A DNA stretch of 21,343 nucleotides from assembly GCA_046582655.1 (NCBI GenBank), contig JAYGDX010000058.1:1-21343 (forward strand), written 5' to 3'. Each line of letters begins with the position of its first letter. Position 1 is the first letter of the stretch. The notes beneath the pieces are model-generated. The model saw only the letters and a list, made by a program, of their open reading frames with translations. It did no database searches and was not told the DNA's origin. The translations under genes were made by a program, and so were the position numbers. Source of the stretch: Candidatus Poribacteria bacterium. Lineage in GTDB: Bacteria; Poribacteria; WGA-4E; UBA9662. Below, piece by piece: positions 8,105-16,528 of the stretch.

Positions 8105-9931
8105 ATGAACAATCTTTTCAGTAGTCTACAAATTGCCAAAAGAGCGTTAAGCACTCAACGTCTTGGCTTATCAGTTGCTGGTCATAACATTTCTAATGTC
8201 AACACACCGAATTATGCCAGACAACAGCCGTTGGTTGAACCTGGTGTTGGCGGGGCAGGTATGGCAGGTGTTGAAATTACATATATTCGTCGAGTTCAAG
8301 ATAGAGTTGTTGATGAAAGGCTCCGTCTTAATACTCAGGAACTCGCCAAGTGGCAAACCTTATCCGATCGACTAAGTCAGATAGAAACTTTCTTTAGTGA
8401 CCTTGCGGGAATAGGATTGTCGGGAGCACTCTCCGACTTCTGGAACAGTTGGCAGGACCTGACGGTTTCTCCCGAGTCCGAGTCATCCAGACTTGTTGCT
8501 GTTCAACGAGGTGTTGTCCTAGCGTCTCGCTTGCAGGGTATGAATGCAGGAATGGAAGAATCACACATAGATTTGGATGCGGAGATCAACCGAAAAATCA
8601 CCGAAACCAATGAAATTACAACTCGAATTGGGAAATTGAACCAAGAGATTATTTCAATCGAGCTTTCCGGTAGTCAAGCAAACGACCAACGAACTCTACG
8701 TGACTATCAACTGGCTCAACTGTCAGAATTAATTAATTTTCGAACAATCGAGCGAAAGGGCGGCTCTGTCCAAGTTTTCGTTGATAGCCTGTCGTTAGTT
8801 GAAGGAGTTCGTGTGACAGAATTGGTGGCTCAACTTACCGCCGATTCTAACGAAGGATCAACCAGTACAGCCTCAACAAAAATCCTTGCCAGCAATAACG
8901 AAGTTGCAGTTTCAGGAGGAGCTTTGGCTGGACTCATCGAAGCCCGGGATCAACACTTACCTTCCATGCTAACCCGGATGAAAACACTATCGGAATCTTT
9001 AATTACACAAATCAACAAACTACACAGATTAGGCTACGGACTCGACAATTCAACCGGACTAGAATTCTTCTCAGGAACAAGTATCGACGATATTACCGTT
9101 AATTCAGAATTACTTGCTGATCCCAAGAAATTAGGCGTATCAAGTGCTCTAGACGCACCAGGTAATAACGAAACAGCACTGGAAATTGCCCAGCTACAAA
9201 CATCTCTCACTATAGGTGCTACCGTAATTCCCGATGATCGACAAACTCTTACTGTTGAGAGTACTGATGGTTGGTCTAAAAATGACATACTAGGAGTAGT
9301 AGGTTCATCCGATCTCAATAGGACAGGCACGTGGGCGAAAATTCTAAGCGTCGACAGTGGAACTCAAGTTACAGTTAAGTTGTTTCAAAATCCTACAACG
9401 AAAACATTCAATAAGCGGTTCAACTTTGAACAAGAAGATGGCTCAACGACAGTGCTTACTAACAAGGTATACAAAGACTTTGACGGTAATTACATGACTA
9501 TTGATCCTAATCCAACCGACGAGTTAGATATAGATCAGCTAGCGAACCTTCCTGCTGACCCAGAAACCGAGGCTTTTCCCGAAAATAAGCTCTTTCAGCA
9601 GTGGGGTGGCGGCGTGGCCAACAGTTCTGTCATGACGGGGCTTCCTCAAACATTTACGTCAAATGAAGTATTCACTGAAGGAACACAAACTTTCAATGAT
9701 TACTTTGCCATCATGTTTAGCTTCATTGGAACACAGAGTCAGCAAGCCCAAAGAAATTCTGACAACAATGAACTTCTTGTGCAGCAACTCACTGACTACC
9801 GTGAAAAAGTCTCAGGCGTCTCTTTGGACGAAGAGATGGCTAACCTGATACAATTCCAACGTGCGTTTGAAGCTTCGGCAAGATATATTAGAATAGTTGA
9901 TGAAATGCTAGCGACATTGATGAATATGTAG
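8105..9931 (+). CDS. flgK: Flagellar hook-associated protein 1 FlgK (with internal insertion)
   Basis: GHNISNVNTPNYARQ N-terminus, ANDQRTLRD, GGALAGLIEARD and C-terminal VSGVSLDEEMANLIQFQRAFEASAR. Confidence 0.96.
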   Translation: MNNLFSSLQIAKRALSTQRLGLSVAGHNISNVNTPNYARQQPLVEPGVGGAGMAGVEITYIRRVQDRVVDERLRLNTQELAKWQTLSDRLSQIETFFSDLAGIGLSGALSDFWNSWQDLTVSPESESSRLVAVQRGVVLASRLQGMNAGMEESHIDLDAEINRKITETNEITTRIGKLNQEIISIELSGSQANDQRTLRDYQLAQLSELINFRTIERKGGSVQVFVDSLSLVEGVRVTELVAQLTADSNEGSTSTASTKILASNNEVAVSGGALAGLIEARDQHLPSMLTRMKTLSESLITQINKLHRLGYGLDNSTGLEFFSGTSIDDITVNSELLADPKKLGVSSALDAPGNNETALEIAQLQTSLTIGATVIPDDRQTLTVESTDGWSKNDILGVVGSSDLNRTGTWAKILSVDSGTQVTVKLFQNPTTKTFNKRFNFEQEDGSTTVLTNKVYKDFDGNYMTIDPNPTDELDIDQLANLPADPETEAFPENKLFQQWGGGVANSSVMTGLPQTFTSNEVFTEGTQTFNDYFAIMFSFIGTQSQQAQRNSDNNELLVQQLTDYREKVSGVSLDEEMANLIQFQRAFEASARYIRIVDEMLATLMNM

Positions 9932-9950
9932 TACGCAAAGGAGCAAAATC

Positions 9951-10847
9951 ATGCGAGTAACACACAAAAGCATTACCTATAAAGCTATCGTAAATATGCA
10001 AAGGAGCCTGCGCCAAGTCGAAGGGAAAACGGATGAAATTTCGACAGGCCGCAAAATTTCTCTACCATCAGACGATCCATCCCAAGCCACCCGCGCACTG
10101 GGATACCAACAAAAGATTGCGCGAAGCCAGCAATATTCGCGTAACATGGATACTATCGTTGATCGATTGAACCAAACTGAATCAGCTCTCGGTGAGATTA
10201 ATGCATCAATAGTTCAAGTTAAAGAAATTGCTTTGGCTTTGAAAGATCCATCTATCACGGTAGAAGAGTTAAATAACGCGTTTGAAAAACTCAGTCAACT
10301 CAAAGGGCAGTTTATCAAACTTGGAAACACCAAAATAGGTGATCAGTACATTTTTGGTGGTAGTATCACGACTACACGACCTTTTGAAGAAACAAATGGC
10401 GAAATTTTTTATCGAGGGAATACATCTGAAATCAATGTAGAAATGGGTGATGATATATCGATAACTACAAATGTTTCTGGGTCATCAGTATTCAGTATGT
10501 CAGGTGCTGATAAAGGCGTTTTTGATGCTCTAAACACTTTAATACAAGTAGCGCAAGGAGGCGAACCACCGGCTGATTTTGATACCGTTTTGGATGAAAT
10601 TGACGGCCTAAATAATACAGTTATTAATGCACGCGCTATCAACTCAAATCGAGGGTTCCGTGCCGAGTCAGCGCAAGAAACATTGGCAGCAGAGCAAACT
10701 AGTGTTGAGTCAGTTTTAGCCAGTATTATGGAGACCGATATGGCATTAGCTCTGACAGAACTCCTTTCCTTACAGCAAGCTTACCAGTTAACTCTTAATG
10801 TGGTGAACAAATCTTTTCAACGCTCTCTGGTGGACGTTCTCGGTTAG
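9951..10847 (+). CDS. flgL: Flagellar hook-associated protein 3 FlgL
   Basis: MRVT, ISTGRKISLPSDDP, NTKIGDQYIFGG...PF, YRGN and C-terminal SLVDVL. Flagellin-like termini, directly after flgK. Confidence 0.94.
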   Translation: MRVTHKSITYKAIVNMQRSLRQVEGKTDEISTGRKISLPSDDPSQATRALGYQQKIARSQQYSRNMDTIVDRLNQTESALGEINASIVQVKEIALALKDPSITVEELNNAFEKLSQLKGQFIKLGNTKIGDQYIFGGSITTTRPFEETNGEIFYRGNTSEINVEMGDDISITTNVSGSSVFSMSGADKGVFDALNTLIQVAQGGEPPADFDTVLDEIDGLNNTVINARAINSNRGFRAESAQETLAAEQTSVESVLASIMETDMALALTELLSLQQAYQLTLNVVNKSFQRSLVDVLG

Positions 10848-10893
10848 TTTCAAAGCAACATATCAATTTCAGTAAAGCCGTTACTCCATATGC

Positions 10894-10951
10894 AGGAGGA
10901 GTGTAGGAAACCGACTGTTGTTGTTTCTTATACTCCTCCTTCATTTATTTT
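10894..10951 (+). terminator. Rho-independent terminator after flgL
   Basis: 18-bp stem AGGAGGAGTGTAGGAAAC (10894-10911) / GTTTCTTATACTCCTCCT (10923-10940) with two G-U pairs that form on the + strand RNA, then a T-rich tail. Sits between convergent genes. Confidence 0.8.
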
Positions 10952-10993
10952 GTCATCAAGTTTTATTCTAGCTCCCTTCATACCGAAAGAATG

Positions 10994-12892
10994 TCACCAA
11001 TCTTTAAACGGGAAAATTTTTGTGTTGGCTGAAATTCCGTAGATGCTCCATAGACTTCCCACTACGAATTCACCAAGTATCAACCCCAAGAAAAATGGAG
11101 AAAATCTTCGGTGCACACTTAGCCCTCCATGTTTAAGCGTTAACCATTTGATCAATGTTGCAACCATGAGTGACAGCCAAAGCCAGTTCATGCACCAATC
11201 ATCTGCTCCAGACACGGCGTAACCAACTGCATGAAAAGGCCACCAAAAGAATTTCATTCGAAAAAACATCAGGACAAATGTGAAAGCCATTCCAACTCCA
11301 ATAAAAATTGCCTCAAGGATACGAGGACCTGAGGGGTGATTCATCTGCTTTTGTAATTGACGGAAAGGTTCCCATCCGAACCCACCACCGGAACCAAAAT
11401 GGTATGAGTCATGCGTGTATGCCCAAAACGAGGAAACGGATCCGACAATAACAGCCAAGATTATTGAAATTATAAGTGGGCTTGAACGAAACCCGGATCG
11501 TTCAGCCAGTTTAAACCCTTCGAGTTGATGGGGCATTGCGTGGCTGCGATGAGCTCGATTAAAGAAGAAGAAAAATGAGAGTGCTGTCAAATTTTGCCTG
11601 CCTAGAAACCGGGTACCTAAGAATGTTGCCAATGTGTAGTCGGCTCCCATAATATGTAGATCATGTGCGGGAGCTCCCGATTCAGCTCGCATTCTTGTGA
11701 TTCCTATGGATAAAAAATAGTAAATCAGAAAAAATGCAACAGCTATCCAAACGGTCAATCCCATCTTGTTAGAAAATCCAACAAGGTATGCCATCCCAAT
11801 AATAATGCCGAGAATAGCATTCCGATACCTCATTGGCTCATTAGATTCATCTAGATCATAATGACCTACTGTTGCATGTTTGAGAATTCGCATTAAATAT
11901 TTCCGGCTAGTCCACACGGCGAAGATGGATAATCCTAAGTAAGCTCCAAGGGATTGTTGGCGATCGTATGGAAACCCAGGTAAAGACCGCATTCCAAGGA
12001 TTGCTCCCAGCACATGTTGTGATTTGCGAAAGAGAAAAAAGAACCAACATGAGAATGATAGGTCTATCGGCATGAAAAACCCAAGCCCAATAACAAATGG
12101 ATAAATTGAAAAGCGTATTGTCCCAAGAGCATTCCATGGTCTTTCAGTAAATAGATAGCCAATGTTTCGGAACCGAACGCCAATGATAGGAATACTCGGC
12201 ATAAAATAGCTTAGCCCATTGATAATATTTAAAATAGAGACCAAGATGAATGCGATCCAAAAGAGCCGATTACTGAAAAATTGTGTTCCGCTATTTTGTG
12301 TCATGGCAAAAGGAAGCTCAATGATCGGATAAGCAAGTTTTTCATTTTCCGTCCATTGCTTACGAAGAATCGCGTTTATGCATGCCATAACAAATAAAAG
12401 AGCAACGATAAAAGTTGTCCACCATAACATCGGAGGTATCCAAGCTTTAAACCGTGCGATCTTGTAAAGCGTTGATTCGCCCTTGTAATAGCCCTCAAGA
12501 ATTGACTTGTCTTGAATGGTTAACCATTTTGGGATATAGCGGAAAAAAAGATCTCTCCATTCGTTTTCCGGCGTTTCAAACCAGAAGGCGTGGCCAACCA
12601 GTGGAACGAGAATTTGTCCAAAATCGTGTGAAGCAACAACGCTTCCCATACACAGCAAGATATAAATGGTAAGCAATTCACTTTGTGTCAGCATCCAATC
12701 GGGTTGAAAGTTTTTAATCCCTAGATTTAGCAGAATGATTGCAAAAAGGCAAAAGATAACATTGAAAAAAAGCGACATTGTGGTTGGAAACAAACCCCAC
12801 CAGACCATTTCTGTGTAGATAATCCAGTAGGAATTAATAGGGATCAGGAAAAGTGAAATTAAAACAGATCTGCGGGTTATTGTGTGCGGCAT
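10994..12892 (-). CDS. Polytopic membrane protein, DUF6785/DUF6784-type (OPT-like putative transporter)
   Basis: 632 aa with many TM helices and the motifs ILRKQWTENEKLAYPI, TRMRAESG, WWPFHAVGY and PFFLGLILGEF that I recognise from this family. Confidence 0.75.
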   Translation of the reverse strand: MPHTITRRSVLISLFLIPINSYWIIYTEMVWWGLFPTTMSLFFNVIFCLFAIILLNLGIKNFQPDWMLTQSELLTIYILLCMGSVVASHDFGQILVPLVGHAFWFETPENEWRDLFFRYIPKWLTIQDKSILEGYYKGESTLYKIARFKAWIPPMLWWTTFIVALLFVMACINAILRKQWTENEKLAYPIIELPFAMTQNSGTQFFSNRLFWIAFILVSILNIINGLSYFMPSIPIIGVRFRNIGYLFTERPWNALGTIRFSIYPFVIGLGFFMPIDLSFSCWFFFLFRKSQHVLGAILGMRSLPGFPYDRQQSLGAYLGLSIFAVWTSRKYLMRILKHATVGHYDLDESNEPMRYRNAILGIIIGMAYLVGFSNKMGLTVWIAVAFFLIYYFLSIGITRMRAESGAPAHDLHIMGADYTLATFLGTRFLGRQNLTALSFFFFFNRAHRSHAMPHQLEGFKLAERSGFRSSPLIISIILAVIVGSVSSFWAYTHDSYHFGSGGGFGWEPFRQLQKQMNHPSGPRILEAIFIGVGMAFTFVLMFFRMKFFWWPFHAVGYAVSGADDWCMNWLWLSLMVATLIKWLTLKHGGLSVHRRFSPFFLGLILGEFVVGSLWSIYGISANTKIFPFKDW

Positions 12893-12966
12893 GAATTGCT
12901 GGGAATTGATAACGCGTGATAAGGAGGATTTGGGTGAGAAAAATCAGAGCTACTATGTCAGTGAAT

Positions 12967-13773
12967 TTACTGCCAAGAATTGTGCCATATAAGTGGATTC
13001 TGCTCTTCATTTTCTAGTAAATCGCCGATTTCGAGCGATTCAAACAGGTCTTGCGATAATATATTCTTTTTACCATTGAAGCAGCTACCATCCGGCATAA
13101 AAGCACATGTCATGGCACGACGATATTTATTGGTCATGTTAGCCCCAGCTCCATGTGCACAAAGGCCATTATGCCACACAATCGATCCAGCTGGACATGG
13201 GGCTGGTACTGGATCAATCTCTCTCCATTCTGGGTAGACATTGAAGAGTTCACCGACATTATGTCCGATACCGACATTGTCAAAGCGGGCGGTTTTATGA
13301 GATCCGGGTAGGTACCATATACAACCGTTTTCCAGCGTTGCATCGTCAAGCGCAAGCCAAAAAGAAATTGCGTTTTGCGAGTCAAATGACCAATATGGCA
13401 CATCAAGGTGCCAAGCTGTCGGATTCCCATGTGGTGGCTTGATAAGAGCTTGATCGTGCCAGACACGAATACCTTCTGTTCCAGCTAGGTCGTTGGTCAA
13501 TTGTCCAAGCCGAGGATCATAGACTAATTCACGCACACCATCATTTGTGTCCGCTAATCTAAGACATTGGGTAAAGACCTGAGCATAAAAATCCTGAGGA
13601 TTGACTTGATTGGTTAAATGCTCAACCGATTCTCCTAATCGATTGGTAACGGCATCATCGACACATTGACGCCATGTTTCTAATTCGTCATCATTAAGGA
13701 ATCCATCAACGATCAAAAAGCCATGTTCATGATACGACTCAATTTGAGTAACTGTAAGTTTACTTAGCATCAT
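12967..13773 (-). CDS. Phytanoyl-CoA dioxygenase (PhyH) family Fe(II)/2-oxoglutarate dioxygenase
   Basis: YHEHGFLIVDGFL, HDQALIKPP, TAWHLD (HxD), WLALDDATLENGC...PGSH and HGAGAN....RRA. Confidence 0.93.
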   Translation of the reverse strand: MMLSKLTVTQIESYHEHGFLIVDGFLNDDELETWRQCVDDAVTNRLGESVEHLTNQVNPQDFYAQVFTQCLRLADTNDGVRELVYDPRLGQLTNDLAGTEGIRVWHDQALIKPPHGNPTAWHLDVPYWSFDSQNAISFWLALDDATLENGCIWYLPGSHKTARFDNVGIGHNVGELFNVYPEWREIDPVPAPCPAGSIVWHNGLCAHGAGANMTNKYRRAMTCAFMPDGSCFNGKKNILSQDLFESLEIGDLLENEEQNPLIWHNSWQ

Positions 13774-13845
13774 CTATCCACTTTACGGGAATTAACAGCC
13801 CTTCTCAACTATGGTCAATCTATAATTTTTAGAACTAAATTCTTA

Positions 13846-14904
13846 CTAAATTCTAATTTCTCTACCCGCGTCTTGGCTGCGGTAGATACCATCCAGAATC
13901 TGCATTACCTGTAATGATTGCTCTGGAGGAACCGGCGATGGCGCACCATCAATAATCGCTTGGGCAAATTCAATGCATTCTTGAGCGTGTGCTTCTTCAA
14001 GATCTTCAGGGAAGTCCGTCAGGGTTTTTTCATTGTATTCTTTTTCCTCAAAGTTAGACCACAAAAACTCACACTTTGGCCAGTGACATCCGGCCTTTGT
14101 TCCGTAAAGCCACATCTGCATATCTTCACCAGTGGTGCGGTGATGGAGAAGCCAACTGATTTCAATGACAAGCGTTGCGCCAGTTTCAAATCTGATAAAT
14201 GCAGAAGCAAAATCCTCGACATCATATTCTGAGGGAATTTCGTTCTTCCCTCCACCCGTAAAGGCTCCTTTCTGATGCGCTATTTCGGCTCGGGAAACGC
14301 CACTCACCGCAATTGGCGGTGGATTTCCCATTAACCAAAGCGTAAGATCGAGGATATGAACTCCTATATCGATACAAGGTCCACCCCCACTATGCTTTTT
14401 AAGAATAAAACCAGTTCCAGTCGGTGCGCCCCAACGACGAAGCATCCAGCTTCTGGCGTGATAGATATCGCCGAGAATTCCTTTATCAATCTCGCTTTTC
14501 ATGGCCTTAGAATTAGCTTGAAAACGAAAGTGCTGTGCCGTCATTAGTAGCTTACCGGATTGATCACGAGCTGCAATCATGTTCTTAACATCCTCTGGCG
14601 TTGGTGCCAGCGGCTTTTCACATATAACATGCTTTCCTCCTTCAAGCCCACCGATGGAAAGCGGTGCGTGGAACATATTTGGTGTGCAAACATCAATAAT
14701 ATCAATGTCTGGATCAGAGAAAAGCTCTGAGGGGTCAGTTGTCAGTTTAGTCACTTTATGTTCTTTCCCCCAATTATTCAGAACGTCTTCTCGAATATCG
14801 CAGCCAGCGACAATCTCTGCATTTCCAGAGGCATTCCAACCCGGAATGTGGGTATTTGAGATACCACCAACACCAATTATTGCAACCTTTAAGATCTTAG
14901 ACAC
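13846..14904 (-). CDS. Gfo/Idh/MocA family NAD(P)-dependent oxidoreductase
   Basis: KVAIIGVGGI, VCTPNMFH, GKHVICEKPLA, GGGPCIDIGVHILD and DVEDFA. Start revised to GTG at 14904 (AGGAGA RBS at 14916-14911). Confidence 0.95.
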   Translation of the reverse strand: MSKILKVAIIGVGGISNTHIPGWNASGNAEIVAGCDIREDVLNNWGKEHKVTKLTTDPSELFSDPDIDIIDVCTPNMFHAPLSIGGLEGGKHVICEKPLAPTPEDVKNMIAARDQSGKLLMTAQHFRFQANSKAMKSEIDKGILGDIYHARSWMLRRWGAPTGTGFILKKHSGGGPCIDIGVHILDLTLWLMGNPPPIAVSGVSRAEIAHQKGAFTGGGKNEIPSEYDVEDFASAFIRFETGATLVIEISWLLHHRTTGEDMQMWLYGTKAGCHWPKCEFLWSNFEEKEYNEKTLTDFPEDLEEAHAQECIEFAQAIIDGAPSPVPPEQSLQVMQILDGIYRSQDAGREIRI

Positions 14905-14950
14905 TGCCAATCTCCTGTAACCCATTTACAATGCGGAAAGACACTGAGTA

Positions 14951-14980
14951 ATACTATCTCAGGGTTTAGTTACTTGTCAA
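14951..14980 (-). promoter_or_regulatory. Putative sigma-70 promoter for the oxidoreductase unit
   Basis: Minus strand TTGACA (14980-14975), 18-nt spacer, TAGTAT (14956-14951). Confidence 0.55.
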
Positions 14981-14998
14981 TACGTTGCTTTGTAAGAT

Positions 14999-15814
14999 TT
15001 ATAAGACTTCTTTTGTGAAAGTGTAAACTGGTCTGAGCCAGGACGCGAAAAAAATGCCATTGGCATAAAGAAAATAGAGAATCTTTAAAATCACGACCGA
15101 TGTCAGGAAGATAAATTGAATTAGTATAAAGGCCACATCAATTCTGTCTAAACTCAGTCCTCGAAGTGCTATATGTCGATTAGTGTTATCAGCAGAAAAA
15201 CCGCGACTTTCAATAACTTGGCTCAGATTGGTGGCTCTTCGGATATTGCCAGTTAAAATTGGGCGGATAGCATTTAGAAAACCAGCAAACGTGCGAAATA
15301 TATTGAGCTGGAAATAGCGGAACCCACGAAGTTTTTGAGACTGAATAACGGCTTTCGTATCAGAAAAAACAAGAGGAATGTATTGAACTGCAATAGTTGT
15401 CATAAAAGCAAGACCATAAGGTACACGCAGTTTGATTAACCCAACCAATAAATCTCTGGCCTGAGTCGTTGAAATCACGAAATAGCCGATACTGATTGAA
15501 GTATTAAATCGCAGGGACTGGATTATGCCATGTACTATGCCTTCACGGTAAAAATGGACATTACCGGCCAGTGTGAAAAGTGCTGTTCTCGGGAATCGGT
15601 CATAAAATATTGCTTGGCTATAGATTGTTGCCCAAGTTCCGATTACCAAAATACTAGTGAACACTCCAAATTTCTTCCAAGATCGAATTGAGCTAGCCGT
15701 TAAGCAAAATACGGCTAAAAAATAACACGAAAGCATGATCGGACTGTCAAGCACCACCATCAAAATACCAGTAGAGGCGAGTGAAATAATTTTTGTTCGG
15801 GGATCAAACACCAT
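14999..15814 (-). CDS. ECF transporter transmembrane T component (EcfT/CbiQ family)
   Basis: DPRTK N-terminal motif, STT...L...L.KLRVP, and two X-R-X coupling motifs SQKLRG and ESRGF. Confidence 0.88.
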   Translation of the reverse strand: MVFDPRTKIISLASTGILMVVLDSPIMLSCYFLAVFCLTASSIRSWKKFGVFTSILVIGTWATIYSQAIFYDRFPRTALFTLAGNVHFYREGIVHGIIQSLRFNTSISIGYFVISTTQARDLLVGLIKLRVPYGLAFMTTIAVQYIPLVFSDTKAVIQSQKLRGFRYFQLNIFRTFAGFLNAIRPILTGNIRRATNLSQVIESRGFSADNTNRHIALRGLSLDRIDVAFILIQFIFLTSVVILKILYFLYANGIFFASWLRPVYTFTKEVL

Positions 15815-15928
15815 TTATTCAATAATTCAAATAGTAGGAACAATATTCAATAATGCTATTAAACCGTAACTTTTCACGATAATCAATACGTTTTAGATTT
15901 CAGTGATCCTCAATAAGTTCGAGTAGGA

Positions 15929-16501
15929 ATGATTTTGAATGTATTTTCGGCGTTGATTGTGAGTGCAGTAGTATGTTCAGGGATTTTGATTGTTTTTTAC
16001 TCACTCTATAATGGAATTTCACCGATGCCGACCTCACCGAAAGTCAAACGCCAACTGTTGCATGTACTTAGTCAAAATGAGATTCAAGGAACAATTTACG
16101 AGCTTGGGTCAGGTTGGGGGACATTGGCATTTGAGCTTGCACGAAGATTTCCGGAATGCCGGATCATAGCCTATGAAAATTCATGGGTTCCGTATATATA
16201 CTCCAAAATATACGGGTTGGCAGTCAAAACAGAAAACTTGCGCATTAAACAAGAAAATTTCTTTAACATCCTTTTAAGTAGGGCTGACGTGGTTGTTTGT
16301 TACCTATCCCCTAATATAATGACACACTTGCAACCTAAACTTGAGTCAGAACTCCAGAAAGGGACTCTGGTGGTTACTAATACATTTGCTTTACCAAGCT
16401 GGGTGCCGCAACAAACTATTGAAGTGGAGGATCTGTATCGGACAAAGATCCATATTTATTTGTTTAATCCAGAATATAAGAGAACCGTAACTCTAAAATA
16501 A
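15929..16501 (+). CDS. Class I SAM-dependent methyltransferase with N-terminal TM helix (FAM173/aKMT-like)
   Basis: N-terminal hydrophobic helix, GISPMPTS, motif I YELGSGWG, VVVCYL and VVTNTFALPSW. Confidence 0.85.
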   Translation: MILNVFSALIVSAVVCSGILIVFYSLYNGISPMPTSPKVKRQLLHVLSQNEIQGTIYELGSGWGTLAFELARRFPECRIIAYENSWVPYIYSKIYGLAVKTENLRIKQENFFNILLSRADVVVCYLSPNIMTHLQPKLESELQKGTLVVTNTFALPSWVPQQTIEVEDLYRTKIHIYLFNPEYKRTVTLK

Positions 16502-16528
16502 AGCAAGGAAGAATCATGAGGTGGAAAT

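Noticed and set aside
9218..9679. Intein in FlgK
   Set aside because: No N-terminal Cys/Ser block A or C-terminal His-Asn followed by Cys/Ser/Thr at the boundaries.
9951..10847. Flagellin (fliC) call for the 298-aa ORF
   Set aside because: Position after flgK, the MRVT start and the YIFGG...PF / YRGN motifs fit FlgL, and flagellin-specific terminal motifs are missing.
13790..13830. Internal sigma-70 promoter before the PhyH gene (minus-strand TTGACC)
   Set aside because: No convincing -10 element at proper spacing.
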